This document shows, one piece after another, positions 20,989-30,829 of a stretch of 64,000 nt of DNA. The stretch lies in contig OZ257249.1 in the NCBI GenBank assembly GCA_965279565.1, positions 1,040,496 to 1,104,495 of the forward strand, given 5' to 3'. The notes below the pieces were generated by a model. It worked only from the letters and a program-made list of their open reading frames with translations. It did not search any database and was not told the DNA's origin. This stretch comes from Tagaea sp. (GTDB lineage Bacteria > Pseudomonadota > Alphaproteobacteria > CACIAM-22H2). A program made the translations under genes and the position numbers. Position 1 is the first letter of the stretch; each line of letters starts with the position of its first letter.

Positions 20989-20992
<4 letters not shown>
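20534..20992 (-). CDS. ybeY: rRNA maturation endoribonuclease YbeY.
   Basis: MNANIRIDILDPRW...[28 protein letters not shown], the H3xH5xH metal site of the YbeY family. Confidence 0.9.
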
Positions 20993-21965
<973 letters not shown>

Positions 21966-21969
<4 letters not shown>

Positions 21970-23303
21970 GCCGACCGCCTTTCACCGCCGTCGAGTTGCG
22001 AATCGACGATTGTGCCCGACAGCGAATTGGGCGCGACCGACGTGATCTTCGTTGCAAGGACCCGGCCGGCGAACGCCGCGGGTGCCAGCGCATGCACGGC
22101 CTGCAGCCACGGCGACTTGCCGACGAGCTGGCCCGGATTGCGGCCCGCGCGCTCGTAGAGGACCGGAACGGTCCGTCCGAGAGTCGCGGCATTGAACGCG
22201 TCCTGCTGGACCTTCAGCAGCGCCTGCAGTTCGGCAAGCCGCGCATCCTTGACCGCTTCAGGCACCTGCCTGTCGATCAGGGCAGCCGGCGTGCCGGGGC
22301 GCGGGGAATACTTGAACGAGAAGGCCTGCGCGAAGGTGACCTCGCGCACGAGATCGAGCGTGCGTGCGAAATCCGCGTCGCTCTCGCCCGGGAACCCGAC
22401 GATGAAATCGCTGGAGAGCGCGATGTCGCGCCGGGCCGCGCGCAGTCGCGCCACGATCTCGTGGAATTTCGCCGCCGTGTGCCCGCGATTCATCGCGTCG
22501 AGGATGGCGTCGGATCCCGACTGCACCGGCAGGTGCAGGAACGGCATCAGCTTGGGTTCCTCGGCGTGCGCGGCGATCAGCGCCTCGTCCATGTCGCGCG
22601 GGTGGGACGTCGTGTAGCGCAGCCGTTCGAGACCGTCGATCCGCGCGAGCCGGCGCACGAGGCTTCCCAGTCCCTCGCCGTCGCTGCCGTGCCAGGCATT
22701 GACGTTCTGACCCAGCAGCGTGATCTCGCGCGCACCGCCTTCGACCAGCACCCGCGCATCGCGCTCGATCGCGTCCGCGCCGCGCGAATACTCCGCGCCG
22801 CGCGTATAGGGCACCACGCAGAACGTGCAGAACTTATCGCAGCCTTCCTGGATCGTCAGGAAGGCGGACGGGCCCTGGTTGGCCGACGGGGCCGGCAGAT
22901 GGTCGAATTTCACGTCGACCGGAAAGTCGGTGTCGAGGGCCGCCCCGGCGCCACGTGCCGCGCGAGCGACCAGCTCGGGCAGGCGGTGATAGGCCTGCGG
23001 GCCCAGCACCACGTCGACATAGGGGGCGCGGGCGAGAATCTCGGCCCCTTCGGCCTGCGCCACGCAGCCCGCTACCGCAAGCATCGTGCCGTCCCGCTCC
23101 TTGAGCGGGCGCAGCCGGCCAAGCTCGGAAAACACCTTTTCCGAAGCCTTTTCACGGATATGGCAGGTGTTCAGGATGACGAGATCCGCACCTTCCGGAA
23201 CGTCCACCGGCGCATAGCCCAGCGGCGCCAGGACATCCGCCATGCGGGCGGAGTCGTAGACGTTCATCTGGCAGCCGTATGTCTTGATATGGAGCTTCTT
23301 CAC
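21966..23303 (-). CDS. miaB: tRNA-2-methylthio-N6-dimethylallyladenosine synthase.
   Basis: [18 protein letters not shown], the radical-SAM CxxxCxxC ([13 protein letters not shown]), and a TRAM domain. Confidence 0.9.
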
Positions 23304-23351
23304 GCGGTTCGGCGACCCATGGTCGAATCTATCACCCCGGCCCGGCGGCCT

Positions 23352-24182
23352 TCAAGCTGCCCCGGCCGCGGCCGCCAAGGCGGGTGCCGGCGGCGTCTCG
23401 CGCCCGGCATTGGCCGCCGCCAGCGTCGCGGCGATCGCGCGCTCGCAATGCTGTGCCAGATGCTTGCGCGATCCGGCTTCGGCCAGCGAGGTGGGCGCGT
23501 GGAAGATCACCTCGACGCTGATCCGTCCCAGCCCGATGAACGCCCACAGGTGGGGAAGCAGTTCCATGTCGCCGTACCAGGCCACGGCCGGGCGCAGGGC
23601 GCGGCACAGCGGCATCCCGTCGAGCCGCGTATAGGCGATCGTGACGGGCTGGACCGCGACCGGCGGGCCGCCCTCGGCCGGCTCGGCGGCGGCGAACAGC
23701 GCGCTCTTGAAGCGGCCGGCACGGTTGCCGTCGCCGGTCGTCCCTTCGGCGAACAGCACGATGTTGCCGCCCTCGGCGAGGCGGCGCTGGAGCGCGTCGG
23801 CCTCCTTGCCCACCGCGCGCGCGCGGCGCGCCACGAAGACCGTACGCTGCAGCTTCGCGAGCCAGCCGAAGAACGGCCAGCCGGCGATCTCGGTCTTGGC
23901 GACGAAGCTGACCTCGGCGAGTGCGGAGAAAACGACGATGTCGAGATAGCTGACATGGTTGGAGACGAACAGCGTGGGCGACGCGGATGCGGGCGCCCCG
24001 GTCACGCGGATGTCGAGGCCGAACAGGGAAGCGCAGCGCGCATGGTACCAGCGCGGCAGTGCTCGCGCCGCCGGCAGGCCGAGCGCCACGAACGCCGCCT
24101 GCACCGGCATCAGCGGCACGGTCAGCGCCACGTAGATGCAGGCGCGCAGGAACGCCAGCGCGCTCGACCCGATGCCGCCCAA
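23352..24182 (-). CDS. olsA: PlsC-family lyso-ornithine-lipid O-acyltransferase, OlsA-like.
   Basis: Acyltransferase HX4D motif FVSNHVSYLDIVV and the FAEGTTGDG motif. It sits next to miaB as in rhizobia, directly downstream of an olsB-like gene. Confidence 0.65.
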   Translation of the reverse strand: MGGIGSSALAFLRACIYVALTVPLMPVQAAFVALGLPAARALPRWYHARCASLFGLDIRVTGAPASASPTLFVSNHVSYLDIVVFSALAEVSFVAKTEIAGWPFFGWLAKLQRTVFVARRARAVGKEADALQRRLAEGGNIVLFAEGTTGDGNRAGRFKSALFAAAEPAEGGPPVAVQPVTIAYTRLDGMPLCRALRPAVAWYGDMELLPHLWAFIGLGRISVEVIFHAPTSLAEAGSRKHLAQHCERAIAATLAAANAGRETPPAPALAAAAGAA

Positions 24183-24187
24183 CGCGC

Positions 24188-25057
24188 CTAGTCCGCGGTC
24201 GGGCCGCCGACCTGGCGGCTATAGTGCTTGAAATACTTGTCCGTCACCGCATCGGTGACGACGAGGATGCACACGTCGATCGTATTGAACTCGTGGTCGA
24301 CGACGGCACCCTCGCCGATGAAGCCGCCCAGACGCAGATAGCCCTTGATCAGCGGCGGCAGCGCCGCCACCACGGTGCGCGCGTCGAACGCCTTGATCGC
24401 GTCCTCGTGGCCGCCCTGGCCCGCCGGCAGCAGATCCATCGCGACATGCCGCTCGGGCAATGCGCGCGCGCGGATCCCTTCCGGCGCCAGATGGTTGTGG
24501 TGGAGATAGGAAAGCGCCGCCGCGTGCTCGGCGGGATCGGTTCCAGGCAGGCTCGCGCAGCCGAACATCAGCTTGATGTCGTGCGCGAAGACGTAGGCCG
24601 CGATCCCCTTCCAGAGCAGCTGCATCGTGGGGCGGTTGCGGTGCTGCTGGTCCACGCAGGAACGGCCGAGCTCGAGAAGCTCGCCCTGCTGCGCCAGCAG
24701 GCGCGAGATGTCGAATTCGGTCGCCGTGTAGAAGCCGTCGTGGCGTTCGGCGACGGAACGGCGCAGCAGGCGGTAGGTGCCGACGATCGATTCTGGCCCC
24801 TCGCCCTTCGCGTGGTCGATCACCAGCAGATGGTCGCAATACGCGTCGAACTTGTCCGCGTCGCGACGCGATTCGCGGGCCGCCTGCGAGGGCTGCGCGC
24901 CCAGCTCGTCGTAGAAGACGCGGTAGCGCAGCGCCTGCGCGGCGTCGATGTCGGCCGCGTCGCGCGCCAGGCGCACTTCGAGATTCCCCGAACGCAGCGC
25001 GTCGCCGAAGCCGAGGAGGTCCTGGGCCTGTGTCTTTGGGAGTGCCTGTGCGGTCAT
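24188..25057 (-). CDS. olsB: GNAT-like (hemolysin-like) N-acyltransferase, OlsB-like; ornithine lipid biosynthesis, first step.
   Basis: 289 aa with the OlsB/lyso-ornithine-lipid family pattern (YRVFYDELGA..FDAYCDHLLVIDH..GTYRLL...MQLLWKGIAAY). Its ATG overlaps the stop of the Fur-family gene as ATGA. Confidence 0.65.
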   Translation of the reverse strand: MTAQALPKTQAQDLLGFGDALRSGNLEVRLARDAADIDAAQALRYRVFYDELGAQPSQAARESRRDADKFDAYCDHLLVIDHAKGEGPESIVGTYRLLRRSVAERHDGFYTATEFDISRLLAQQGELLELGRSCVDQQHRNRPTMQLLWKGIAAYVFAHDIKLMFGCASLPGTDPAEHAAALSYLHHNHLAPEGIRARALPERHVAMDLLPAGQGGHEDAIKAFDARTVVAALPPLIKGYLRLGGFIGEGAVVDHEFNTIDVCILVVTDAVTDKYFKHYSRQVGGPTAD

Positions 25058-25512
25058 TGCGATCGTTCCTTCTTTTCGGGAGGATCGGACTCGCGGGCGC
25101 CAAGCGGAATGCCGAACAGTTCGAGGCGGTGCCCGACGAGCTCGTAACCGAGCCGGCGTGCGACCTCGCGCTGGAGGCGTTCGATTTCTTCGTTGTGGAA
25201 CTCGATCACCGTGCCGCTCTTCACGTCGATAAGGTGATCGTGGTGCTCTTCGGGCGCTTCCTCGTAGCGTGCGCGCCCGTCGCCGAAATCGAGTCGGGCC
25301 AGGATGTTGGCTTCCTCGAACAGCTTGACGGTCCGGTAGACCGTCGCGATCGAAATGCGCGGATCGATCGCCGCGGCGCGGCGATAGACCTGTTCGACGT
25401 CCGGATGGTCCGTCGCTTCCGAAAGGACCCGTGCGATGACGCGGCGCTGGCCGGTCATCTTCAGACCCTTTTCGACGCAAAGCTGTTCGATTCGCTGCGG
25501 CATCGACATCAT
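25054..25512 (-). CDS. Fur-family metalloregulator (Fur/Mur/Irr-like; no C-terminal CxxC).
   Basis: QRIEQLCVEKGLKMTGQRRVIARVL...DHPDVEQVYRRA...SIATVYRTVKLFEEANIL...HHDHLIDVKSGTVIEF is a Fur winged-helix plus HHDH metal site. GGAG lies 5-6 nt before ATGATG at 25512. Confidence 0.8.
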   Translation of the reverse strand: MMSMPQRIEQLCVEKGLKMTGQRRVIARVLSEATDHPDVEQVYRRAAAIDPRISIATVYRTVKLFEEANILARLDFGDGRARYEEAPEEHHDHLIDVKSGTVIEFHNEEIERLQREVARRLGYELVGHRLELFGIPLGARESDPPEKKERSQ

Positions 25513-25675
25513 GCTCCTTGAACCTTCCGGCATGCCGATCCCCCTGTACCCGGACCCGGATTTCGCCATGTGCGAATCGGACCCGCGAACCGATGGGAAC
25601 GGTCTACGCGCATTATATTGCGGCGCGATGACGGGAACACTGCCGTTTTCCCGTCGTCCCGGTACCGCAGTCCGG

Positions 25676-26092
25676 TCAATCGCTGCCGCGGCGGCGCTTG
25701 GACTTCGTGCCGAGACCCAGATCGCGCGCGAGCTGGCTGCGCTTCTTGGCATAGTTAGGCGCAACCATCGGATAGTCCGGCGCCAGACCCCAGCGCTCGC
25801 GATACTGCTCGGGCGACATGTTGTAGGCCGCCTTGAGGTGCCGCTTCAGCATCTTCAGCTTCTTGCCGTCCTCGAGGCAGACGATGAAGTCGTTCGTGAC
25901 CGAACGCTTGATCGGCACGGCGGGCTGCGGCCGCTCGACCGGGGCGGCCGTGGTGCCGACGGTCGACAGCGTCTGGTAGACCTGCCGGATCAGGCCGGGA
26001 AGCTCCTCCGTCGCCAGCGCGTTCTTCGAGACATGGGCCGCGACAATATTCGCGGTCAGTGCCAGAACATCATTGGATTTAAATTCGGACAT
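25676..26092 (-). CDS. mucR: MucR/Ros-family zinc-finger transcriptional regulator.
   Basis: MSEFKSNDVLALTANIVAAHVSKN...IVCLEDGKKLKMLKRHLKAAYNMSPEQYRERWGLAPDYPMVAPNYAKKRS is near-identical in pattern to Ros/MucR. GAGGA sits 8 nt upstream. Confidence 0.85.
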   Translation of the reverse strand: MSEFKSNDVLALTANIVAAHVSKNALATEELPGLIRQVYQTLSTVGTTAAPVERPQPAVPIKRSVTNDFIVCLEDGKKLKMLKRHLKAAYNMSPEQYRERWGLAPDYPMVAPNYAKKRSQLARDLGLGTKSKRRRGSD

Positions 26093-26199
26093 TTTCATGT
26101 TCCTCAACAAATCGGGGCCGGTCCCCTCGGGGAGCACGGTGTATAGGAAGATCACAATTACTCGGCAAGGGCGAATACAGCCGCCCGCCGAAAGAAAAT

Positions 26200-26655
26200 T
26201 TACTTGGTTATATTAGCAGGTATTGCCGACATTGTCAGGGCCGCGACCCGCGCACCGGGTCCGCGCTGGTAATAGTCGGCCCGTCGCCCGACAAGGGCGA
26301 ATCCGAGCCCGGCGTAGAGTGCACGTGCCGCGGGATTGTCCTCGCCGACCTCCAGGAACAGCGCCCGGGCGCGCGGCACGCACGCCGCGATCCCCACGAC
26401 AAGCGCATGGCCGATGCCGAGTCGTCGTGCGCTCGCAAGCACGCCGATGCTGAGCAGCTCCGCCTCGTCCGCGGCGAGCCGGCCGATCGCGAATCCGGCC
26501 GGCTCGCCGTCGGCCAGTGCAAGCAGCGCGAACACGCCGGGCGAACGCAGGACTTCGCCCATCGCGTCGACCGACCAGCCGTCGGCGAAGGTCTCGCGAT
26601 GCAGTACCGACAGCAGCTCGGCATAGGCCCGGTCGACGGGATGGATCTCGATCAT
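26200..26655 (-). CDS. rimI: Ribosomal-protein-alanine N-acetyltransferase (GNAT).
   Basis: 151 aa GNAT with the acetyl-CoA motif RRLGIGHALV. Overlaps tsaB by 4 nt as in the conserved tsaB-rimI pair. Confidence 0.8.
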   Translation of the reverse strand: MIEIHPVDRAYAELLSVLHRETFADGWSVDAMGEVLRSPGVFALLALADGEPAGFAIGRLAADEAELLSIGVLASARRLGIGHALVVGIAACVPRARALFLEVGEDNPAARALYAGLGFALVGRRADYYQRGPGARVAALTMSAIPANITK

Positions 26656-27287
26656 GGCCGCTTGGGTGCGCTCGTCGCCGGCGGATGGATATAGAGCGGC
26701 ACCAGCCGGCCGACGGGTTCGGCCGCCGCGGCAAGGCGCGCGATCGTACGCGCGTCGGGCAGTGCGGGCCCGGCCGCGACGCGTGCCCGCTTGCCCGCCT
26801 TCGCGAGCGCTTCGACGAACGAAGCCGCGCGATCGCCCGCAACGAGGAACGAATCGCCGGCAGGGGCGAAGCCTTCGGGCGGGGCGGCGAACGGCGTCTC
26901 GTCGTCGAGCATCACGAACGCCTCGGCGCGCTTGGAATCGAGCGCGATCAAACTGCGTTCGCCCGCGTGCACCGGCTCGATGTCGCCGGCGACGGCCGCG
27001 AAACTGGTGATCCCGACGAGGGCGGCACCCGTCGCGAGGCCCAGCCCCTGTGCGGCGGCAAGCCCGGCGCGCAGGCCCGTGAAATGGCCCGGCCCCAGCG
27101 TCGTGGCGATCCGTGTCATGTCCTGCGCCGTCAACCCGGCCTCGGCGAGCACGTCGCCGATCATCGGCAGCAGCGCTTCGGCATGGCCGCGCGCCATCTC
27201 GACACGCCGCCAGGCGAGTACTTCGCCGTCGCGGGTCACGCAGGCCGAAACGGCGGCAAAGGCGGTGTCGAAGGCGAGAATTTTCAT
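26652..27287 (-). CDS. tsaB: tRNA threonylcarbamoyladenosine biosynthesis protein TsaB (YeaZ).
   Basis: MKILAFDTAFAAVSACV...LGPGHFTGLRAGLAAAQGL is the TsaB/YeaZ N-terminal signature. Confidence 0.85.
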   Translation of the reverse strand: MKILAFDTAFAAVSACVTRDGEVLAWRRVEMARGHAEALLPMIGDVLAEAGLTAQDMTRIATTLGPGHFTGLRAGLAAAQGLGLATGAALVGITSFAAVAGDIEPVHAGERSLIALDSKRAEAFVMLDDETPFAAPPEGFAPAGDSFLVAGDRAASFVEALAKAGKRARVAAGPALPDARTIARLAAAAEPVGRLVPLYIHPPATSAPKRP

Positions 27288-27301
27288 GCTAAACAGGCCC
27301 C

Positions 27302-27865
27302 ATGACGCTCGCCGCCATTGCCCCGCCGCAGTACGACGTGACGATCGATCTGCGCTACGCCACGCCGGCCAACTTCACCGGCAAACCCGTCTATGCGCGC
27401 GCCGCCGCGTTCCTGCATCCGGACGGCGCACGCCATCTCGCGCGAGCGATCGAGCTTGCCGCGGCGCTTGGCCTGCGCCTCAAGATCTTCGATGCCTTCC
27501 GCCCGTCCGAGGCGCAGTGGGCGTTGTGGAATTTCCGCCCCGATCCCGATTTCATCGCCGATCCGCGGCGCGGCTCGCCCCATTCGCGCGGCGTGGCGGT
27601 CGATCTCACGCTGGTCGACGCGGCCAGCGGCGAGGAGCTGGAGATGGGCACCGAGTTCGACGCCTTCACCGAGCTTTCGTATCACGGCAGCACCGAGGTC
27701 AGCGTCGAAGCGCAGCGCAACCGGCACATGCTGCTCGGGCTGATGTCGGCGGCCGGCTGGGATTTCTACAGGCGCGAATGGTGGCACTATCAGCTCTTCG
27801 AATCGAGGCGCTATCCGGTGCTGTCCGACAGCGTGCTGTCGCCGGGCATGATGGGTGCCGCCTGA
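27302..27865 (+). CDS. ddpX: D-alanyl-D-alanine dipeptidase (VanX/DdpX, peptidase M15D).
   Basis: DLRYATPANFTG..LKIFDAFRP...SPHSRGVAVDLTLVD...EMGTEFDAFTE..WWHYQL is the VanX zinc-peptidase signature. Confidence 0.8.
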   Translation: MTLAAIAPPQYDVTIDLRYATPANFTGKPVYARAAAFLHPDGARHLARAIELAAALGLRLKIFDAFRPSEAQWALWNFRPDPDFIADPRRGSPHSRGVAVDLTLVDAASGEELEMGTEFDAFTELSYHGSTEVSVEAQRNRHMLLGLMSAAGWDFYRREWWHYQLFESRRYPVLSDSVLSPGMMGAA

Positions 27866-27903
27866 CGAAGGCGCGGCCGGAGCGCGAATCGGGAGACGCA
27901 AGC

Positions 27904-29127
27904 TTGACCCGCCTTGCCGTAATCGTCAAAGGCTGGCCCCGCCTGTCCGAGACCTTCATCGCCCAGGAGCTGGTCGGGCTCGAGGCGCGGGGTCTCGAAC
28001 TCGAGCTGTGGTCGCTGCGCCACCCGACCGACACGCGCCGGCATGCGCTCGCCGGCTCGCTGAAGGCCAGGGTCAACTACCTGCCCGAATATCTGTGGCG
28101 CGAGCCGGCCCGTGCGCTCGCGGGCTGGGTGCAGGCACGCCGCCTGCCCGGCTACGCCGCCGCACTTGCCACGTTCCTTTCCGACTGGCGGCGCGATCCC
28201 ACGCCCAACCGCGGCCGGCGTTTCGGACAGGCCTGCGTGCTCGCGGCCGAGATGGGGCCGGAAACCGCGCATCTCTACGCGCACTTCATCCATACGCCGG
28301 GCTCGGTCGCGCGCTACGCCGCGATCATGCGCGGGCTGGGCTGGTCGGCCTCGGCGCATGCCAAGGACATCTGGACCACGCCCGACTGGGAGAAGCGCGA
28401 AAAGCTCGCCGCGATGCATTGGTGCACGACCTGCACAAAGGCGGGCTTCGAACATCTCGAAACGCTCGGGCCCGGCAAGACGCGGCTCGTCTATCACGGG
28501 CTCGATTTCGCGCGCTGGCCCGACCCGCCGGCCCGCGCCGGAAAGGACCCGAATGCGCCCGTCGTCATCGTGTCGGTCGGCCGGCTCGTCGCGAAGAAGG
28601 GCTATGACGACACGATCGCGGCCCTTGCACGCATCGGCACCGCGCGCGCCTGGCGCTTCGTGCATGTCGGCGGCGGCCCCTTGAAAGCGCAGCTTCAGGC
28701 GCAGGCGGCGGCCGCCGGCATTGCCGACCGGATCGAATGGCGCGGGGCGCGCGACCAGGCCGACGTGCTGTCGGCCCTGCGCGAAGCCGACCTGTTCGTG
28801 CTGGCAAGCCGGATCGCCGCCGACGGCGACCGCGACGGGCTGCCCAACGTGCTGATGGAAGCGGCGAGCCAGGGCCTCGCCCTCGTCGCCACCGACGTCG
28901 CCGCGATCCCCGAACTGGTCGGGCCGGAAAGCGGCGTGCTGGTCCCGCCCGGCGACGTGGCGGCGCTTGCCGCGGCGATCGAAGGACTGCTTGGCGATCC
29001 GGATCGCCGCGCGACGCTGGGTGCGGCGGCCAACGCGCGCGTCCGGCGCGACTTTCCCTTCGCGCGCGGATTGGAGACGCTGTACGACTTGCTGCACGCA
29101 TGCGTATCGCCGCCTATGCACCGCTGA
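27904..29127 (+). CDS. Glycosyltransferase family 4 (retaining GT-B), TTG start.
   Basis: The C-terminal GT4 motif region reads VGRLVAKKGYDD...ASRIAADGDRDGLPNVLMEAASQGLALVATDVAAIPELV. GGGAG lies 8 nt before the in-frame TTG. Confidence 0.75.
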   Translation: MTRLAVIVKGWPRLSETFIAQELVGLEARGLELELWSLRHPTDTRRHALAGSLKARVNYLPEYLWREPARALAGWVQARRLPGYAAALATFLSDWRRDPTPNRGRRFGQACVLAAEMGPETAHLYAHFIHTPGSVARYAAIMRGLGWSASAHAKDIWTTPDWEKREKLAAMHWCTTCTKAGFEHLETLGPGKTRLVYHGLDFARWPDPPARAGKDPNAPVVIVSVGRLVAKKGYDDTIAALARIGTARAWRFVHVGGGPLKAQLQAQAAAAGIADRIEWRGARDQADVLSALREADLFVLASRIAADGDRDGLPNVLMEAASQGLALVATDVAAIPELVGPESGVLVPPGDVAALAAAIEGLLGDPDRRATLGAAANARVRRDFPFARGLETLYDLLHACVSPPMHR

Positions 29128-30230
29128 AGCCGCCCGACCATCCGGTGCCGTCCGGCGACCGGCGTGTGGCGCGGCTGCTCGACCAGGCCCTGAAACTCGC
29201 CGGGCACGAGGTCGAATGGGCCGGCCGGCTGCGCAGCCGCGACGCGACGGGCGATCCGGCGCGTCAGGCGCGGCTCGCGAGGATCGGCGGCTATCTTGCC
29301 GCGCGCCTGATCCGGCGCTGGAAAGCCGGGCCGTCGCATCTGCGCCCCGATCTCTGGTTCACCTATCACCTCTATTACAAGGCGCCCGACCATCTCGGGC
29401 CGCCGGTCGCCAGGGCGCTCGGCATTCCCTATGTGGCGGTCGAGGCGTCGGTCGCGATGAAGCGCGCCGGCGGACCGTGGGATGCCGGCCATCGCGCCGT
29501 GCTCTCAGCACTGGCGCAGGCCGCTGCAATCGTCTCGCTCAATCCCGGCGACGTGCCGGCACTCGCACCGCATCTCGCGCATGGCACGAAACAACTCGTG
29601 CTGCCGCCGTTCCTCGATTCCAGGCCCTACGCTTCGGCCGCCGCGAACCGCGACATGCATCGCGACGCCTGGGCGCGGCGCCTGAAATTCGATCCGTCGC
29701 GACCGCTGCTGCTCGCCGTCGGCATGCACCGGCCGGGCGACAAGCTGCGTTCCTATGCCGTGCTGGCCGAAGCTTTGGGCCGCATCGCGGCACGCGACTG
29801 GCAGCTCATGATCGTCGGCGACGGACCGGCGCGGTCCGACGTGGAGGCAGCCTTCGCGTCCCTGCGCGCACGCGTCGCGTTCGCGGGCCAGCTCGACGAG
29901 GAATCGCTTGCCGGCCTGATGGCCGCGTCCGACATTTTCGCGTGGCCGGCGATCAACGAGGCCTACGGCATGGCGATCCTCGAAGCGCAGGCGAGCGGCC
30001 TGCCCGTCGTCGCCGGGCGCGGACCCGGCGTGGCCGCGATCGTCGCCGACGGCATCACGGGTACGCTTGTTCCGCCCGGCGATGCGGCGGCGTTCGCCCA
30101 AGCGCTCTCGTCGCTGCTCGACGATCCCGACCGTCGCGCCGCGTTCGGCCGGCAGGCGGCCGTGAAGGTCGCCGCGTCGCACGGCCTGGCCGGGGCCGCC
30201 GCGCAGCTCGACAAGGCGATCGCGCGATGA
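29100..30230 (+). CDS. Glycosyltransferase family 4, second copy.
   Basis: MRIAAYAPLKPPDHPVPSGD...LAVGMHRPGDKLRSY...INEAYGMAILEAQASGLPVVAGRGPGVAAIV is the GT4 EX7E-type pattern. It overlaps the upstream GT4 by 28 nt. Confidence 0.75.
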   Translation: MRIAAYAPLKPPDHPVPSGDRRVARLLDQALKLAGHEVEWAGRLRSRDATGDPARQARLARIGGYLAARLIRRWKAGPSHLRPDLWFTYHLYYKAPDHLGPPVARALGIPYVAVEASVAMKRAGGPWDAGHRAVLSALAQAAAIVSLNPGDVPALAPHLAHGTKQLVLPPFLDSRPYASAAANRDMHRDAWARRLKFDPSRPLLLAVGMHRPGDKLRSYAVLAEALGRIAARDWQLMIVGDGPARSDVEAAFASLRARVAFAGQLDEESLAGLMAASDIFAWPAINEAYGMAILEAQASGLPVVAGRGPGVAAIVADGITGTLVPPGDAAAFAQALSSLLDDPDRRAAFGRQAAVKVAASHGLAGAAAQLDKAIAR

Positions 30231-30829
30231 CGACCCATATCGCCTTCATGCGCCACGGGCCGACCGCATGGAACGGTGCAAAGCGCCTGCAGGGCCGCGC
30301 CGACATCGAGCTCACGCCGCGCACGCTCACGTTCCTCAAAGAACGCCGGCTGCCGCGCGAGTTCGCCGACTGGCGCGTGCTGTGCTCGCCCTTGCAGCGC
30401 TGCCGGCAGACGGCCGAGGCGCTCGGCCTTGCCGGCGAGATCGATCCGCGCCTTGTCGAGATGGACTGGGGTGCATTCGAGGGGCGCACGGTCGAGCAGC
30501 TGCGCATCGAACAGGGCGACGCGTTCGCGATGAACGAATCGCGCGGGCTCGACTTCACGCCGCCGCGCGGGGAATCGCCGCGAATGGTGCAGGCGCGCGT
30601 TGCCCCGCTGCTGGCCGAGATCGCCGCCGCCGGCCGCGACACGCTGTGCGTGACGCATCGCGGCGTGTTCCGCGCCGTCTACGCCGCCGCGCGCGGCTGG
30701 GACATGACGGGCGATTCGCCCGACAAGCTCGATCTCTACGCGCTGCACGTCTTCACGCTGGCACCCGACGGCACGCCGTCGGTCGACAAGCTCAATCTCG
30801 CGCTGAAGCGGCGATGGCGAAAATCCTGA
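30227..30829 (+). CDS. Histidine-phosphatase (phosphoglycerate-mutase) family protein.
   Basis: MTTHIAFMRHGPTAWN..RLQGRADIELT...LCVTHRGVFRAV carries the RHG catalytic-His motif of His_Phos_1. ATGA overlap with the upstream GT4 stop. Confidence 0.75.
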   Translation: MTTHIAFMRHGPTAWNGAKRLQGRADIELTPRTLTFLKERRLPREFADWRVLCSPLQRCRQTAEALGLAGEIDPRLVEMDWGAFEGRTVEQLRIEQGDAFAMNESRGLDFTPPRGESPRMVQARVAPLLAEIAAAGRDTLCVTHRGVFRAVYAAARGWDMTGDSPDKLDLYALHVFTLAPDGTPSVDKLNLALKRRWRKS

